Source of the DNA: Pseudomonadota bacterium
GTDB taxonomy: Bacteria > UBA10199 > 2-02-FULL-44-16 > JAAZCA01
Reading direction: 5' to 3'
DNA length: 47,678 bases
Assembly (NCBI GenBank): GCA_043822785.1
Contig: JBDRBN010000019.1
Coordinates: 1-47,678, forward strand
Below the pieces are notes generated by a model. It had not been told where the DNA came from and searched no databases. It worked only from the letters and a program-made list of their open reading frames with translations. Shown piece after piece: positions 27,559 through 36,769 of the stretch. The position numbers and the translations under genes are program-made. Within the stretch, counting starts at the first letter, position 1. Each line of letters opens with the position of its first letter.

Positions 27559-27574
27559 TCCGAAACGTTTCGGA
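27559..27574. promoter_or_regulatory. Perfect 16-bp palindrome TCCGAAACGTTTCGGA, candidate operator
   Basis: Sits in the divergent intergenic region about 50 nt upstream of 27624. Confidence 0.5.
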
Positions 27575-27623
27575 ACAATATATAGAGAACTAAGCCATAA
27601 TATCCAGATTAAGGAGGCGTGCG

Positions 27624-28379
27624 ATGAAGACAAAATTCTTCGCATCAATGTTCCTTTTGGCCCTCTTTTGTTCGTGCAGCGGAGGGCAGGTGTCAATAGA
27701 TGACCCAAGTTTGAATCAAAGCCAGCTTGAGCAGAAGATTTATGACACCACTCCTGATGGCGAACAGGTTCTACGCGTTGTGCCCAACATAAATTCGCGT
27801 GACGAACTCATACGATATCGCGAGTTCAAAAGGGCTGAGGCTGCAAAGATACTCTCCATCACCGAGGATGCGAGCGCTGAGAAACCTTATTACCCGGCTG
27901 TCATCACCCTAGCCAAGCCGCTGACGATTGCCCAGTTCAACGAACTCATCTCTAACTACAATCCATCCGTCAAAAAGGCCATGATGACGGCCGGTCCTAT
28001 AAAAACAACGCATCTCGAAAAAGCCGAGATCGTAAAGGATGTAGATAAAATCATACCGAGCGTCATAAAGTTCAATTCCACAACAGGCAGAGGGCAGCTT
28101 CATTACGAGACTATGGCTGATGAGGAACAGCTTGCTAGGCTCGAGGAGGGCCTTGCTGCAAAGGAGAAGGAACTAAACAGTATAGAAAATTATCAGCTCG
28201 TAGCGGGCATCAGGAGTTTTGTTGGCGGGGTGCATCGCGACAATGTGATAGGGCTGTTTGATGATTCGCGAATCTTTCTAGCCGACATCGGGCCTGCCGA
28301 TCTTTACGAGGGCAATGTTACGCATGCGCTATGGGACGACGTCTCCGATCAAGCCGAAAGATATTTGAGTCATCAATAA
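27624..28379 (+). CDS. Hypothetical lipoprotein
   Basis: RBS aaggagg; signal peptide with LFCSC lipobox; 16 nt before the next gene. Confidence 0.75.
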   Translation: MKTKFFASMFLLALFCSCSGGQVSIDDPSLNQSQLEQKIYDTTPDGEQVLRVVPNINSRDELIRYREFKRAEAAKILSITEDASAEKPYYPAVITLAKPLTIAQFNELISNYNPSVKKAMMTAGPIKTTHLEKAEIVKDVDKIIPSVIKFNSTTGRGQLHYETMADEEQLARLEEGLAAKEKELNSIENYQLVAGIRSFVGGVHRDNVIGLFDDSRIFLADIGPADLYEGNVTHALWDDVSDQAERYLSHQ

Positions 28380-28395
28380 AACCAGGAGGCAGATT

Positions 28396-31206
28396 ATGCC
28401 GAGCCACTTGCGTCGACTTTCAAAGATTTTATTGTTATTGGCATCTACACTTCTAATTCATTCGTCAACAGCGTCTGCTGCAGAACGAGGTCCCCTATGG
28501 GCGCCATCGCACAGGTATGGCCCTACGGTCCTTAATGCTGTGGAGGAGAAGTGGGATGGCTATGATTCGTATGACGGCTATTTTTGGATGTATCAGGGAT
28601 TTAAGTGGACGGAGCAGGAGCTCAATAACTTCAAAAAAGATCCGAAGCTCGCTGCGGGCGATCATAGGGCAGTGTATGAATTTAGAAGGATTGAGGACTG
28701 GAACCAAACGGAGGGCAGCCCTCTCAGCGATCGCTGGGACGGGGCATGGGGCAGGGATGAAGAAAATTGTTTCCTATTCATTTTCTGCACCAATTTTCAG
28801 TCCGTATATACGGAGTATGTGACTTCTCTTCCAAATCATGACAATAAAGGATTGGAAGAAGACGATGCCTGGTTTAGCCAGAGGCATGCCTTAACGATCG
28901 GCCCGCCTGCATGGTCTTTTGATTGGTGCGACGTCGTTGAGAAAATGGGAACAGGCACTGATTGTGACGAAGAATATGAGGTGGGGTTTAATCCTAATGA
29001 TCTAGTGCCTAATCGCCATTATTTTATCGCCCTGAAGTTTCGCACCGACAGGGAAGACGGCACTGAACCGACAAAATGGAGATCGGAGTTCGAGGTATTC
29101 AAGCCTGGCAGCCTCTTGGGAATAGTGCCTTATTACAGCACTACCTATGCCTGTGTTTTCGATATCGGAGAATGGACTATTGATTTGACGGGCAGCAACA
29201 GTAAGCAAACCCCATATGATCTTCAACAAATATACGACGGTGAGCGTTGCTACTTTGATTATGATTCCGACGGAAATTTCGATGAAAACGACAACTGTCC
29301 GCACACATATAATCCCGATCAAAAAGATACTGACGGAGATGGAAGAGGAGATCCGTGCGATAATGATCCAGCGGTTCATATAGACGATATTGATGCAGAC
29401 ACGGTGGTGGGCGCAAGCGACAACTGTCCTGAGGTGCCAAATCCAACGCAGGAAGATACGGATGGCGACGGTCTTGGCAATGCTTGCGACAGCGATGATG
29501 ACGACGATGGCGTGCCAGATGTGCAGGATGCATTTCCTCTGAATGCAGGCGAGTGGATCGATACAGATAACGATGGCAAAGGCGATAATACCGACGATGA
29601 TGATGACAACGATGGCTATACAGATGTAATTGAGCTCAATGCAGGAACAGATCCTCTGAACAAGTTCTCAGTACCACCTGACAATGATGGTGATTTTATA
29701 CCAGATGGCGTGGACGGCGATGACGACAATGACGGCACGCTGGATAACCAGGATGCTTTTCCATTCGATGCTGCGGAGCAGCTGGATACCGACAACGACG
29801 GGCAGGGTAACAATGCGGATCTAGATGACGATGGCGACTTATATACGGATAGCGTGGAGATCCAATTGGGCTCCGATCCCTTGGATCCCAACTCAAAGCC
29901 GGCCGATCACGATGGCGATCTTATTCCTGATTATCTTGACCCTGACGATGACAACGATGGCGTCCCGGATGAACAGGATGCATTTCCAAAGGATCCTGTG
30001 GAGTCTGTGGATACAGACAAAGACGGCATAGGCGATGTTCAGGATACGGACGATGATGATGACGGTTACAGCGATGCAGTGGAGATAAGCGAGGGCACAA
30101 ATCACCTTGATCCGAATTCAAAACCTTCTGATCACGACGGCGATTTCATACCTGACAGCACGGATCCAGATGATGATAACGATGGAGTGCCGGATGTAAG
30201 CGATGCATTTCCATTTAATCCATCCGAGTCTATGGATACCGACGGCGATAAAATAGGAAACAACGCTGACACAGACGACGACAACGATTGTTATTCGGAT
30301 GCAGTGGAGAATTCCTTGGGGAGCAATCCTCTGAATCCGTCTTCCAAACCTGCCGACAATGACGGCGATTGCAATCCAAACGCTTTGGATCCTGACGACG
30401 ACAACGATGGGGTGCCTGACGTAAACGATGCTTTCCCGTTTGATCCTGTGGAATCGGTGGATACCGACAACGACGGCATAGGCAACAACGCGGATGCGGA
30501 TGACGATGGCGATGGCATGCCTGACATATGGGAGATACAGTATGGGCTTAATCCTTTGAACGCCAATGATGCTGCATTGGATTCTGATGAGGATGGAGAC
30601 AGCAATCTTGCTGAATTCATAAATGGCACAAATCCCAAAGACTATTGTTCTCCTGCCCAGATAAATCTCTGTTACGATTTTTACGGTGACGGAGACTTAG
30701 GCCAATGCGGCGGAGCAACCGGCATCCACTGCGTGCCGCTTGATGAGTGGACTCCTGCGATGCTGATTCAAACCGATAGCAGGATGGGTGGATGCTGGCA
30801 GCGCTTTGAGCTGCAGTCACAGTGTAATGTGGATCTTGTATTCTGTGTGGACTTTGAGGGAGACAGCCCGGGCGCTGATCTTGGCCAATGCGGAAACCAT
30901 GGTGTTCGTTGTGCTGCGGTCAACCAGTGGACTGAGGCGATCAGATTTGATATGGACGGACGAAACGGATGGTGCACACAGAAATTTAATATCATCGGTC
31001 AAGATCATTACACACTGTTTTCGGATTTCTGGGCAAGCGAGGGCCAAGATTCAAATGGTCAATGCAAGATGGTTGGCACGAGCAAAGCTTATAGCGAGTA
31101 TGGTACCCCCACTGCGACTATCGGTCTGGATACCGACGATCGACCTGGGGGCTGCTGGCAACGCTTCATGCTAAAGCAGGGCACATGGTCAGTACAGGCG
31201 TTTTGA
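28396..31206 (+). CDS. Secreted thrombospondin type 3 (Ca-binding) repeat protein with an unknown N-domain and Cys-rich C-terminal repeats
   Basis: Signal peptide; DNCP..NPDQ.DTDGDG.GD.CD units; 75-aa (225-nt) repeat period (29674, 29899, 30124, 30349); three terminal GQC...D.R.GGC.Q.F-type repeats. Confidence 0.88.
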   Translation: MPSHLRRLSKILLLLASTLLIHSSTASAAERGPLWAPSHRYGPTVLNAVEEKWDGYDSYDGYFWMYQGFKWTEQELNNFKKDPKLAAGDHRAVYEFRRIEDWNQTEGSPLSDRWDGAWGRDEENCFLFIFCTNFQSVYTEYVTSLPNHDNKGLEEDDAWFSQRHALTIGPPAWSFDWCDVVEKMGTGTDCDEEYEVGFNPNDLVPNRHYFIALKFRTDREDGTEPTKWRSEFEVFKPGSLLGIVPYYSTTYACVFDIGEWTIDLTGSNSKQTPYDLQQIYDGERCYFDYDSDGNFDENDNCPHTYNPDQKDTDGDGRGDPCDNDPAVHIDDIDADTVVGASDNCPEVPNPTQEDTDGDGLGNACDSDDDDDGVPDVQDAFPLNAGEWIDTDNDGKGDNTDDDDDNDGYTDVIELNAGTDPLNKFSVPPDNDGDFIPDGVDGDDDNDGTLDNQDAFPFDAAEQLDTDNDGQGNNADLDDDGDLYTDSVEIQLGSDPLDPNSKPADHDGDLIPDYLDPDDDNDGVPDEQDAFPKDPVESVDTDKDGIGDVQDTDDDDDGYSDAVEISEGTNHLDPNSKPSDHDGDFIPDSTDPDDDNDGVPDVSDAFPFNPSESMDTDGDKIGNNADTDDDNDCYSDAVENSLGSNPLNPSSKPADNDGDCNPNALDPDDDNDGVPDVNDAFPFDPVESVDTDNDGIGNNADADDDGDGMPDIWEIQYGLNPLNANDAALDSDEDGDSNLAEFINGTNPKDYCSPAQINLCYDFYGDGDLGQCGGATGIHCVPLDEWTPAMLIQTDSRMGGCWQRFELQSQCNVDLVFCVDFEGDSPGADLGQCGNHGVRCAAVNQWTEAIRFDMDGRNGWCTQKFNIIGQDHYTLFSDFWASEGQDSNGQCKMVGTSKAYSEYGTPTATIGLDTDDRPGGCWQRFMLKQGTWSVQAF

Positions 31207-31211
31207 ATCGA

Positions 31212-31293
31212 TGTCATTGCGAGGAGCTTAAGCGACGAAGCAAGCTCCTTATTTCCTTGGGATTGCTTCGCCACTCAGTGGCTCACAATGACA
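31212..31293. repeat. REP-like palindrome doublet (TGTCATTGCGAG family) between convergent genes
   Basis: tgtcattgcgaggagc..cgacgaagcaa / gattgcttcg..ctcacaatgaca. Confidence 0.85.
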
Positions 31294-31305
31294 ATTCTCG
31301 TATTT

Positions 31306-33207
31306 TTATGCTTTAGCTGTAGAGCAACATCCGTGATTTTCAGGAATGTTATAGCTGGTTGCCCTGTTGTCTTTGACGCCGTAGTCCTTGATCTCAATTT
31401 TAGAAAGCGAAGGATCAAGCGGAAAGCGCTTGTTGCGATTTGATGATGCATGCGGTGTGCCGCTTTCCTTGTAATCCTTAACCTTTGTGGTCTGCTCTTT
31501 CTCCTCAACCCTTTCGCGATAAAATGGACCGGAGTTGTATGTGCAGAATGGGTACATTTTGCCGTCGGGCGCAGACTGATGAATCACACAGCGGCGCACT
31601 CTTTCAACATCATAGTTGTATTTGTCTTGGAAGTGCATGCCTGCAACAAAGATCGTGTTATAGCTATAGGTCTTTTCAGCTTCAGGCCTTCTTCCGCGCT
31701 CGGTGTTTTTATATCCGTCCATAACGCCGAGCAGCCTTCTAAACGTGAGGCCGGAAGGCGCTTTCTTCTCGTCAAAGTGTTTCTTTACGATCTTGAGCGC
31801 CCTGGCGCCGCCCATAAGATCTGCCGAGCGTGCGACACCAATGGCTGTAAGAAACTTGTACCACTTTTTTGTGCGCCTGGCTGATAGCTTCTCAGATAGA
31901 GTTTGAATGTCGATGAGCGTTTGTTTGAGATTAAGAAATTCGGTGGCAGCCTTTATCTCATTTTTATCCTCTGGGTTTATAAAGAGATATCCGCCTCCGC
32001 CACAATCTGGATGGCAGCTTACAAAAAAGGCCGCCTTACCTGAGATCGCCTCAGAAAGACGTGAGAGCGGTTGGGTTGCTCCAAGCCCAAACCAGTTTGC
32101 GCGTGGCATCATGCTACCTGTTTGTTCCTCAATATCGAGCGCGAGATCAGTAATAGTATAACGCTGTTTTAGGCGGTCCTTTTCAGAGATGCGGCCGGTA
32201 AAGCACACGGGCTGAAAACTTACGCCTGTGATCACATCTGAGTTATCACATGCAAAGCGAACTATTGCTCCGACCTGATGATCATTTACTCCACGAACGA
32301 TGGTAGGTACTAGAACGATGCGCAGCCCTACCTTGCGGCACACTTCTATGGTCTGAAGTTTGGTTTCAAGTACATCTTCACCGCGCGTTTTTCTATATAC
32401 ATCCTTTGTCACGCCATCGAACTGCATATAGAGAGAGTTAAGCCCCGCTTCTTTGCAGCGCCTAGCAAAGTCGAGATCAGATATGTTCTTTCCGTTTGTG
32501 GCGATCTGAATTTGGGTAAACCCCATTTCTTTTGCCATGGCTAGGATCTCGACAAAGTTTGGGTGAATGGTGGGCTCACCGCCTGAAAACTGGATGACCT
32601 TGCATGGCACGGGCTTGCGGTCGCGCAGAGTCTTGAGCATCTTGCGAACCTGATCCACTGAAGGTTCTGTGACATATCCCATGGCGTTTGCGTTTGCAAA
32701 ACACACAGGGCAGACCATGTCGCACCGATTTGTGAGATCGATGTTGGACATGCATGTGTGCGAGTGGTGCATGTTACATATGCCGCAGTTCTCAGGACAA
32801 TTTTTATCCATATCAGCTTGTTTGAGCGGGTTGGTGAAACCACGGTTGTCACCAAAACGATAGGTGAACATCTGCATGTAAAAATCCACGTCGCGCGATA
32901 TGATCTCGCGAAAGTATCCGTGTTCGTCGCACTCTTTTTCCATGAAAACTTGGCGATCTTCCACAAATTTGCGGGCGCGGATCACCTTGCCGCACTCAGG
33001 GCATAGGGAATCGGTCCAATATGGAAGGGTCCATGGGATCTCACGGATGGGATGCCCTGAATAGGTCATCTTGGGTTGGCACTTGTTGAGAAATGCAGGC
33101 CGCGTATCTCCTCTCACCACTTTGGTACCTGTTTTGCCCACATTGGATTCTTTTGTGAGATCTGTTGCTGGCTCTGCTGAAGCTCCTGTGCCTGGTTTTG
33201 GATTCAT
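31306..33207 (-). CDS. Radical SAM protein of the tetraether lipid synthase (Tes/GDGT-MAS, MJ0619) family
   Basis: SLCPEC..KECDEHG, CPENCGIC..H, DLTNRCDMVCPVCFANA, QFSGGEPT, FQPVCFTGR, SCHPDCG, MHFQDKYNYDVERVRRCVIH..PDGKMYPFCTYN. Confidence 0.82.
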   Translation of the reverse strand: MNPKPGTGASAEPATDLTKESNVGKTGTKVVRGDTRPAFLNKCQPKMTYSGHPIREIPWTLPYWTDSLCPECGKVIRARKFVEDRQVFMEKECDEHGYFREIISRDVDFYMQMFTYRFGDNRGFTNPLKQADMDKNCPENCGICNMHHSHTCMSNIDLTNRCDMVCPVCFANANAMGYVTEPSVDQVRKMLKTLRDRKPVPCKVIQFSGGEPTIHPNFVEILAMAKEMGFTQIQIATNGKNISDLDFARRCKEAGLNSLYMQFDGVTKDVYRKTRGEDVLETKLQTIEVCRKVGLRIVLVPTIVRGVNDHQVGAIVRFACDNSDVITGVSFQPVCFTGRISEKDRLKQRYTITDLALDIEEQTGSMMPRANWFGLGATQPLSRLSEAISGKAAFFVSCHPDCGGGGYLFINPEDKNEIKAATEFLNLKQTLIDIQTLSEKLSARRTKKWYKFLTAIGVARSADLMGGARALKIVKKHFDEKKAPSGLTFRRLLGVMDGYKNTERGRRPEAEKTYSYNTIFVAGMHFQDKYNYDVERVRRCVIHQSAPDGKMYPFCTYNSGPFYRERVEEKEQTTKVKDYKESGTPHASSNRNKRFPLDPSLSKIEIKDYGVKDNRATSYNIPENHGCCSTAKA

Positions 33208-33228
33208 CTTCCCCCCTGATCCTCAGAG

Positions 33229-33279
33229 ATCCTTCGACTCCGCCCTGCACTGTCCGGTGCAGGGCTTCGCTCAGGATGA
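33229..33279. repeat. REP-like unit (CCTTCGACT...GCTCAGG family) containing a gccctgcac/gtgcagggc hairpin
   Basis: Related units at 33464-33513; the inner hairpin recurs at 34220-34243. Confidence 0.7.
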
Positions 33280-33399
33280 GGGGTCAAAAACCCGACCCCT
33301 CAATTCGAATGTTTTAAATGTTAAAAACGTTGTAAATGCTTATTATTTAAGAGCTTTTTAAGATGGGCGTGGGTAGCACGGCTGGCACCAAGCGTCAAC

Positions 33400-33434
33400 A
33401 AAAAACCCGACCTCATCTCTGAGATCGGGATTTT
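33400..33434 (-). terminator. Probable intrinsic terminator after udg
   Basis: aaaaaa-cccgacctca-tctc-tgagatcggg-atttt; a similar hairpin is at 42011-42043. Confidence 0.5.
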
Positions 33435-33463
33435 GTATTACATTGCTGGCTTTGCTTGCGCTT

Positions 33464-33513
33464 GCCCTGAGCGACCGAGCACTCAAAGCGTTGAGTGCTC
33501 GGGAGTCGAAGGG
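33464..33513. repeat. REP-like unit overlapping the udg stop codon
   Basis: gccctgagcga-ccgagcactcaa-agcg-ttgagtgctcgg-gagtcgaaggg. Confidence 0.7.
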
Positions 33514-34193
33514 TTGCTGGCATCATTCTTTAGTTTTTCCATCACCTTCTTCATATCCTCCCAAACTGGTTTCTTCATGTTGGCATTTCTCAAAAGAAAA
33601 GCAGGGTGATACGTGGGCATTACAGGTATGCCTTGCCACTCGGTAAACTTACCACGAAGCTTCGAGATATTTACAGCGGTGCCAAGAAGATTTTGTGCAG
33701 CCACGCTGCCCAAACACACGATGACAGACGGCTTAATTATCTCCACCTGTTTTTTGAGAAATGGTATGCAGGTGGCTACCTCATCTGGCTCTGGATTACG
33801 ATTATTAGGAGGCCTGCATTTTATGATGTTAGCTATATAGACATCATCACGCTTAAACCCCATTGCCTCGATGATTTTGGTTAAAAGTTGCCCAGCAAGA
33901 CCTACAAACGGAATGCCTTGGATATCTTCGTCCCGGCCCGGGCCTTCGCCAATAAACATGAGCTTTGCTTTAGGATTACCCACACCGAATACGATATTTT
34001 TTCTTGCTTTGCAGAGTTTGCAGAGGGTACAGTCGCCGATCTCAGTTCGAAGTTTATCAAGAGCGCCTGCTTTGTCTTTACTCTTTGTGCGCGCTTTTTT
34101 GCGTACTTCTTTTACTCCCAGCACTGCAGAGTATTTGAGGAAGTTACGCACATCAGATGCAGCTTCTGCTATCTTGTCTTTGCGATCAGTCAT
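33483..34193 (-). CDS. udg: Family 4 (Fe-S) uracil-DNA glycosylase
   Basis: [35 protein letters not shown]. Confidence 0.93.
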   Translation of the reverse strand: MTDRKDKIAEAASDVRNFLKYSAVLGVKEVRKKARTKSKDKAGALDKLRTEIGDCTLCKLCKARKNIVFGVGNPKAKLMFIGEGPGRDEDIQGIPFVGLAGQLLTKIIEAMGFKRDDVYIANIIKCRPPNNRNPEPDEVATCIPFLKKQVEIIKPSVIVCLGSVAAQNLLGTAVNISKLRGKFTEWQGIPVMPTYHPAFLLRNANMKKPVWEDMKKVMEKLKNDASNPSTPEHSTL

Positions 34194-34297
34194 TTGCTTG
34201 TCTATACGTTTCTCGCGTTGCCCTGCACCGTCTGGTGCAGGGCGTTGCTTGCATATCTGTATTTACTGCCAATCCGGCTGAGACTATAATAACCAAT

Positions 34298-35215
34298 ATG
34301 CTGCTTGTCTATGCTGTAATGGGGTTTTTCATTATTTTGCTTATGCCCTCTGAGGCCCTTGCCTGGGGACCAGGCATGCATGTGGAAGTAGCGCTCAATG
34401 CTATCGAGCATGTTACAATAATCGCGCCTTTTATTGCAGAACTGATAAAGCGATTTCCCGAGGCCTTTATCTACGGGGCAGCAAGCCCTGATATAATAGT
34501 TGGAAAAAAATACGCAGGCTACCTTCACCACTGCCACAATTGGCGTATAGGTCACCTTATTTTGAACGAGGCCAAAACCGATAGGCAAAAAGCTTCGGCT
34601 TATGGATACCTCATGCATTTGGCGGCAGATATAGTAGCTCACAATTACTACATTCCTGTAAAAATAGTGCGCAGCTGGAGCAGAAGGCTTCTCACACACA
34701 CCTATTGGGAGATGCGCTTTGATCTGGGTGTGCGCGATGAAGCTTGGGATTGCCTGGACGCGATCACTGAGTTGGATGTGGAAGAATTTGATAAAGTTTT
34801 GGAGCGCGTACTTCGAAAGACACTTTTTTCCTTTTCCACAAATAAGAGGATTTTTAATACCATTCTCATGCTTCAAAAGATGCATGGACTTCGTGCAAGC
34901 CTGAGGCTCTATGCAGCTCGTTCCACTTTTGGCATAGGTGAGGAAAACCGGCAACACTATATGGATTTGGCTATGGAGTCAGCGCTTGATTTTCTCAAGG
35001 ATCCAATAAATGCGGCTTGCCTAAAAGTAGATCCAGCAGGCCTTGCGCGTTTGAGTTATGCTAAGAATCTGCGCAGAAACATGCGCGGCATGGTAAGGCG
35101 CGATATCATTACAGAGGAGCAGGCCGAGAAGCTGGTGGAGCTTGTGAAGGAGCGCCTTGCTCTTGGACTTTATAGGCCTGATATGCAACTTCCTGTTGTG
35201 ATGGATGTGCTTTAG
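34298..35215 (+). CDS. Zinc-dependent phospholipase C family protein
   Basis: Signal ..SEALA-WGPGMH, HHCHNW, GYLMHLAADIVAH, HTYWE. Start about 34298. Confidence 0.82.
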   Translation: MLLVYAVMGFFIILLMPSEALAWGPGMHVEVALNAIEHVTIIAPFIAELIKRFPEAFIYGAASPDIIVGKKYAGYLHHCHNWRIGHLILNEAKTDRQKASAYGYLMHLAADIVAHNYYIPVKIVRSWSRRLLTHTYWEMRFDLGVRDEAWDCLDAITELDVEEFDKVLERVLRKTLFSFSTNKRIFNTILMLQKMHGLRASLRLYAARSTFGIGEENRQHYMDLAMESALDFLKDPINAACLKVDPAGLARLSYAKNLRRNMRGMVRRDIITEEQAEKLVELVKERLALGLYRPDMQLPVVMDVL

Positions 35216-35330
35216 TTGGCTTACGGCTCGTTCATTTCATTCGCTTACGGCTTACAGCAAACGGCTCCTGTTTTTAGCCGTAAGCTGTTTGCTGTAAGTG
35301 AGCAAAGCGAACGAGCCCTAAGCCGTTTTT
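35216..35330. repeat. Heptamer-repeat palindrome (gcttacg/gcttaca) forming a long hairpin
   Basis: cttacagcaaacggct / agctgtttgctgtaag and gctcgttc / gaacgagc stems. Confidence 0.65.
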
Positions 35331-35403
35331 ACTTGCTTTTTCAGTCACGTGAAGTACTAAGACGCACAACAATGGAAACTTCTGAAGGCCAAAGTAGAAG
35401 CTT

Positions 35404-36684
35404 ATGTTTACCTTTTTCACCGAAATCGTTCGAAGGGACGTCGTGGACCGCCACGGCAGATGGGTGGGTCGCCCACATGACTTTTCAGCCCATCTCGAAG
35501 AAGTCTATCCTCGTGTAAGTACTCTTGTAATAGCCAAGGGTACATTCAAAAAAAAGTATTATGTCATTCCATGGAAAGAAGTTCATGTCACAGGTGAGCG
35601 GCTTCAGCTCAAGATCCCGCTTGAATCCCTTAAATTAGTCTCATCATATAAAACTCCTGATGCCACAACGCTTCGCACCGGCATCTTGGACCAACAGGTT
35701 GTGGATACGTTCAATCGCAAACTTGTGCGCGTCAATGACTTGCACTTTCTTAGAGTTGACGATGATCTTAGGCTTGCCCACGTGGACATAGGTTTCAGAG
35801 GCCTTGTGCGCAGGCTGGGGTGGGAGCGCTTTGTAGACAGAATAGTGCGCATAGTAAATAGGCATGCGCGCTATCTAAACGATGAAGGTTTGATATCATG
35901 GAAGTATGTACAGCCGCTTTCCATTCAAGAGGCAACAGGCCGCATACAGCTTACTGTGGATATGGATCAGCTTCGGCAGATTCCCCCATCAGATATCTCA
36001 TCGATGCTTATGGAGTTAGATCCTTATCAACGCGCTGCCATGATAAGAACGCTTGATGTGCAAGACCAGGTGGACACGATTACAGAACTTGAGCTTAAGT
36101 GGCAGAAAGACATCATAGAAGAGTTAGATACGCAAACAGCTGTGCGCCTTATCGAGCGCATGCCTGCTGATGAAGCGACTGACCTCATGTCTGAACTTTC
36201 CAAGCGCGATGCTGATCGCATTTTTGCTATGCTTTCTACAAAAAAGGCTCGCGAGCTTCAAGAACTTATGGAGCACGAGTCTGATTCTGCAGGCGGCATA
36301 ATGACCACAGAGTTTATTTCGCTTCGCGAAGGCATGACAGTGGGTCAGGCCATAGATCATATACGCTGTGTTGAAATACAAAAGGTGGAGACGATCATTA
36401 AAGCCTTTGTCGTTGATGAACGCAACGTGCTCGTAGGTTCTGTGTCGTTCCGCAAACTTTTGCTTGAGCCCTTGGAGGAACGCATAGGCGATATGATGCA
36501 GAGAAAACCGCCTTCTGTTAATGTGGAAGATTCAATAAAAGACGTGGCGTATCTTATGGACAAGTACAACCTCTACACCCTTCCTGTTGTCGATGATAAA
36601 GGTGTGCTCGATGGAATAATCACCGTGGACGATGTGTTACATTTAGCAGTAAAAGAAGCGTGGGGAAAACGCAGTGGGCTATAG
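35404..36684 (+). CDS. MgtE-like cytosolic protein (PRC-barrel, MgtE N-domain, CBS pair; no TM domain)
   Basis: LDQQVVD..RKLVRVND, ERMPADEATD, SAGGIMTTEF, LPVVD..GIITVDDV. Confidence 0.88.
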   Translation: MFTFFTEIVRRDVVDRHGRWVGRPHDFSAHLEEVYPRVSTLVIAKGTFKKKYYVIPWKEVHVTGERLQLKIPLESLKLVSSYKTPDATTLRTGILDQQVVDTFNRKLVRVNDLHFLRVDDDLRLAHVDIGFRGLVRRLGWERFVDRIVRIVNRHARYLNDEGLISWKYVQPLSIQEATGRIQLTVDMDQLRQIPPSDISSMLMELDPYQRAAMIRTLDVQDQVDTITELELKWQKDIIEELDTQTAVRLIERMPADEATDLMSELSKRDADRIFAMLSTKKARELQELMEHESDSAGGIMTTEFISLREGMTVGQAIDHIRCVEIQKVETIIKAFVVDERNVLVGSVSFRKLLLEPLEERIGDMMQRKPPSVNVEDSIKDVAYLMDKYNLYTLPVVDDKGVLDGIITVDDVLHLAVKEAWGKRSGL

Positions 36685-36707
36685 TCAGTGATCAGTAACC
36701 AGTTGTC

Positions 36708-36755
36708 TGTCATTGCGAACCCGCCGATGTTTTATTGGCGGGTGAAGTAATCTCC
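36708..36755. repeat. Single REP-like half unit (TGTCATTGCGA family)
   Basis: tgtcattgcgaa-cccgccga..ttggcggg-tgaagtaatctcc. Confidence 0.65.
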
Positions 36756-36769
36756 GGTTTAATTTTAAA

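Noticed and set aside
29260..30645. 225-nt periodicity as a DNA repeat element or DGR template/variable pair
   Set aside because: Explained by protein TSP3 repeats with many synonymous differences; no reverse transcriptase in the window.
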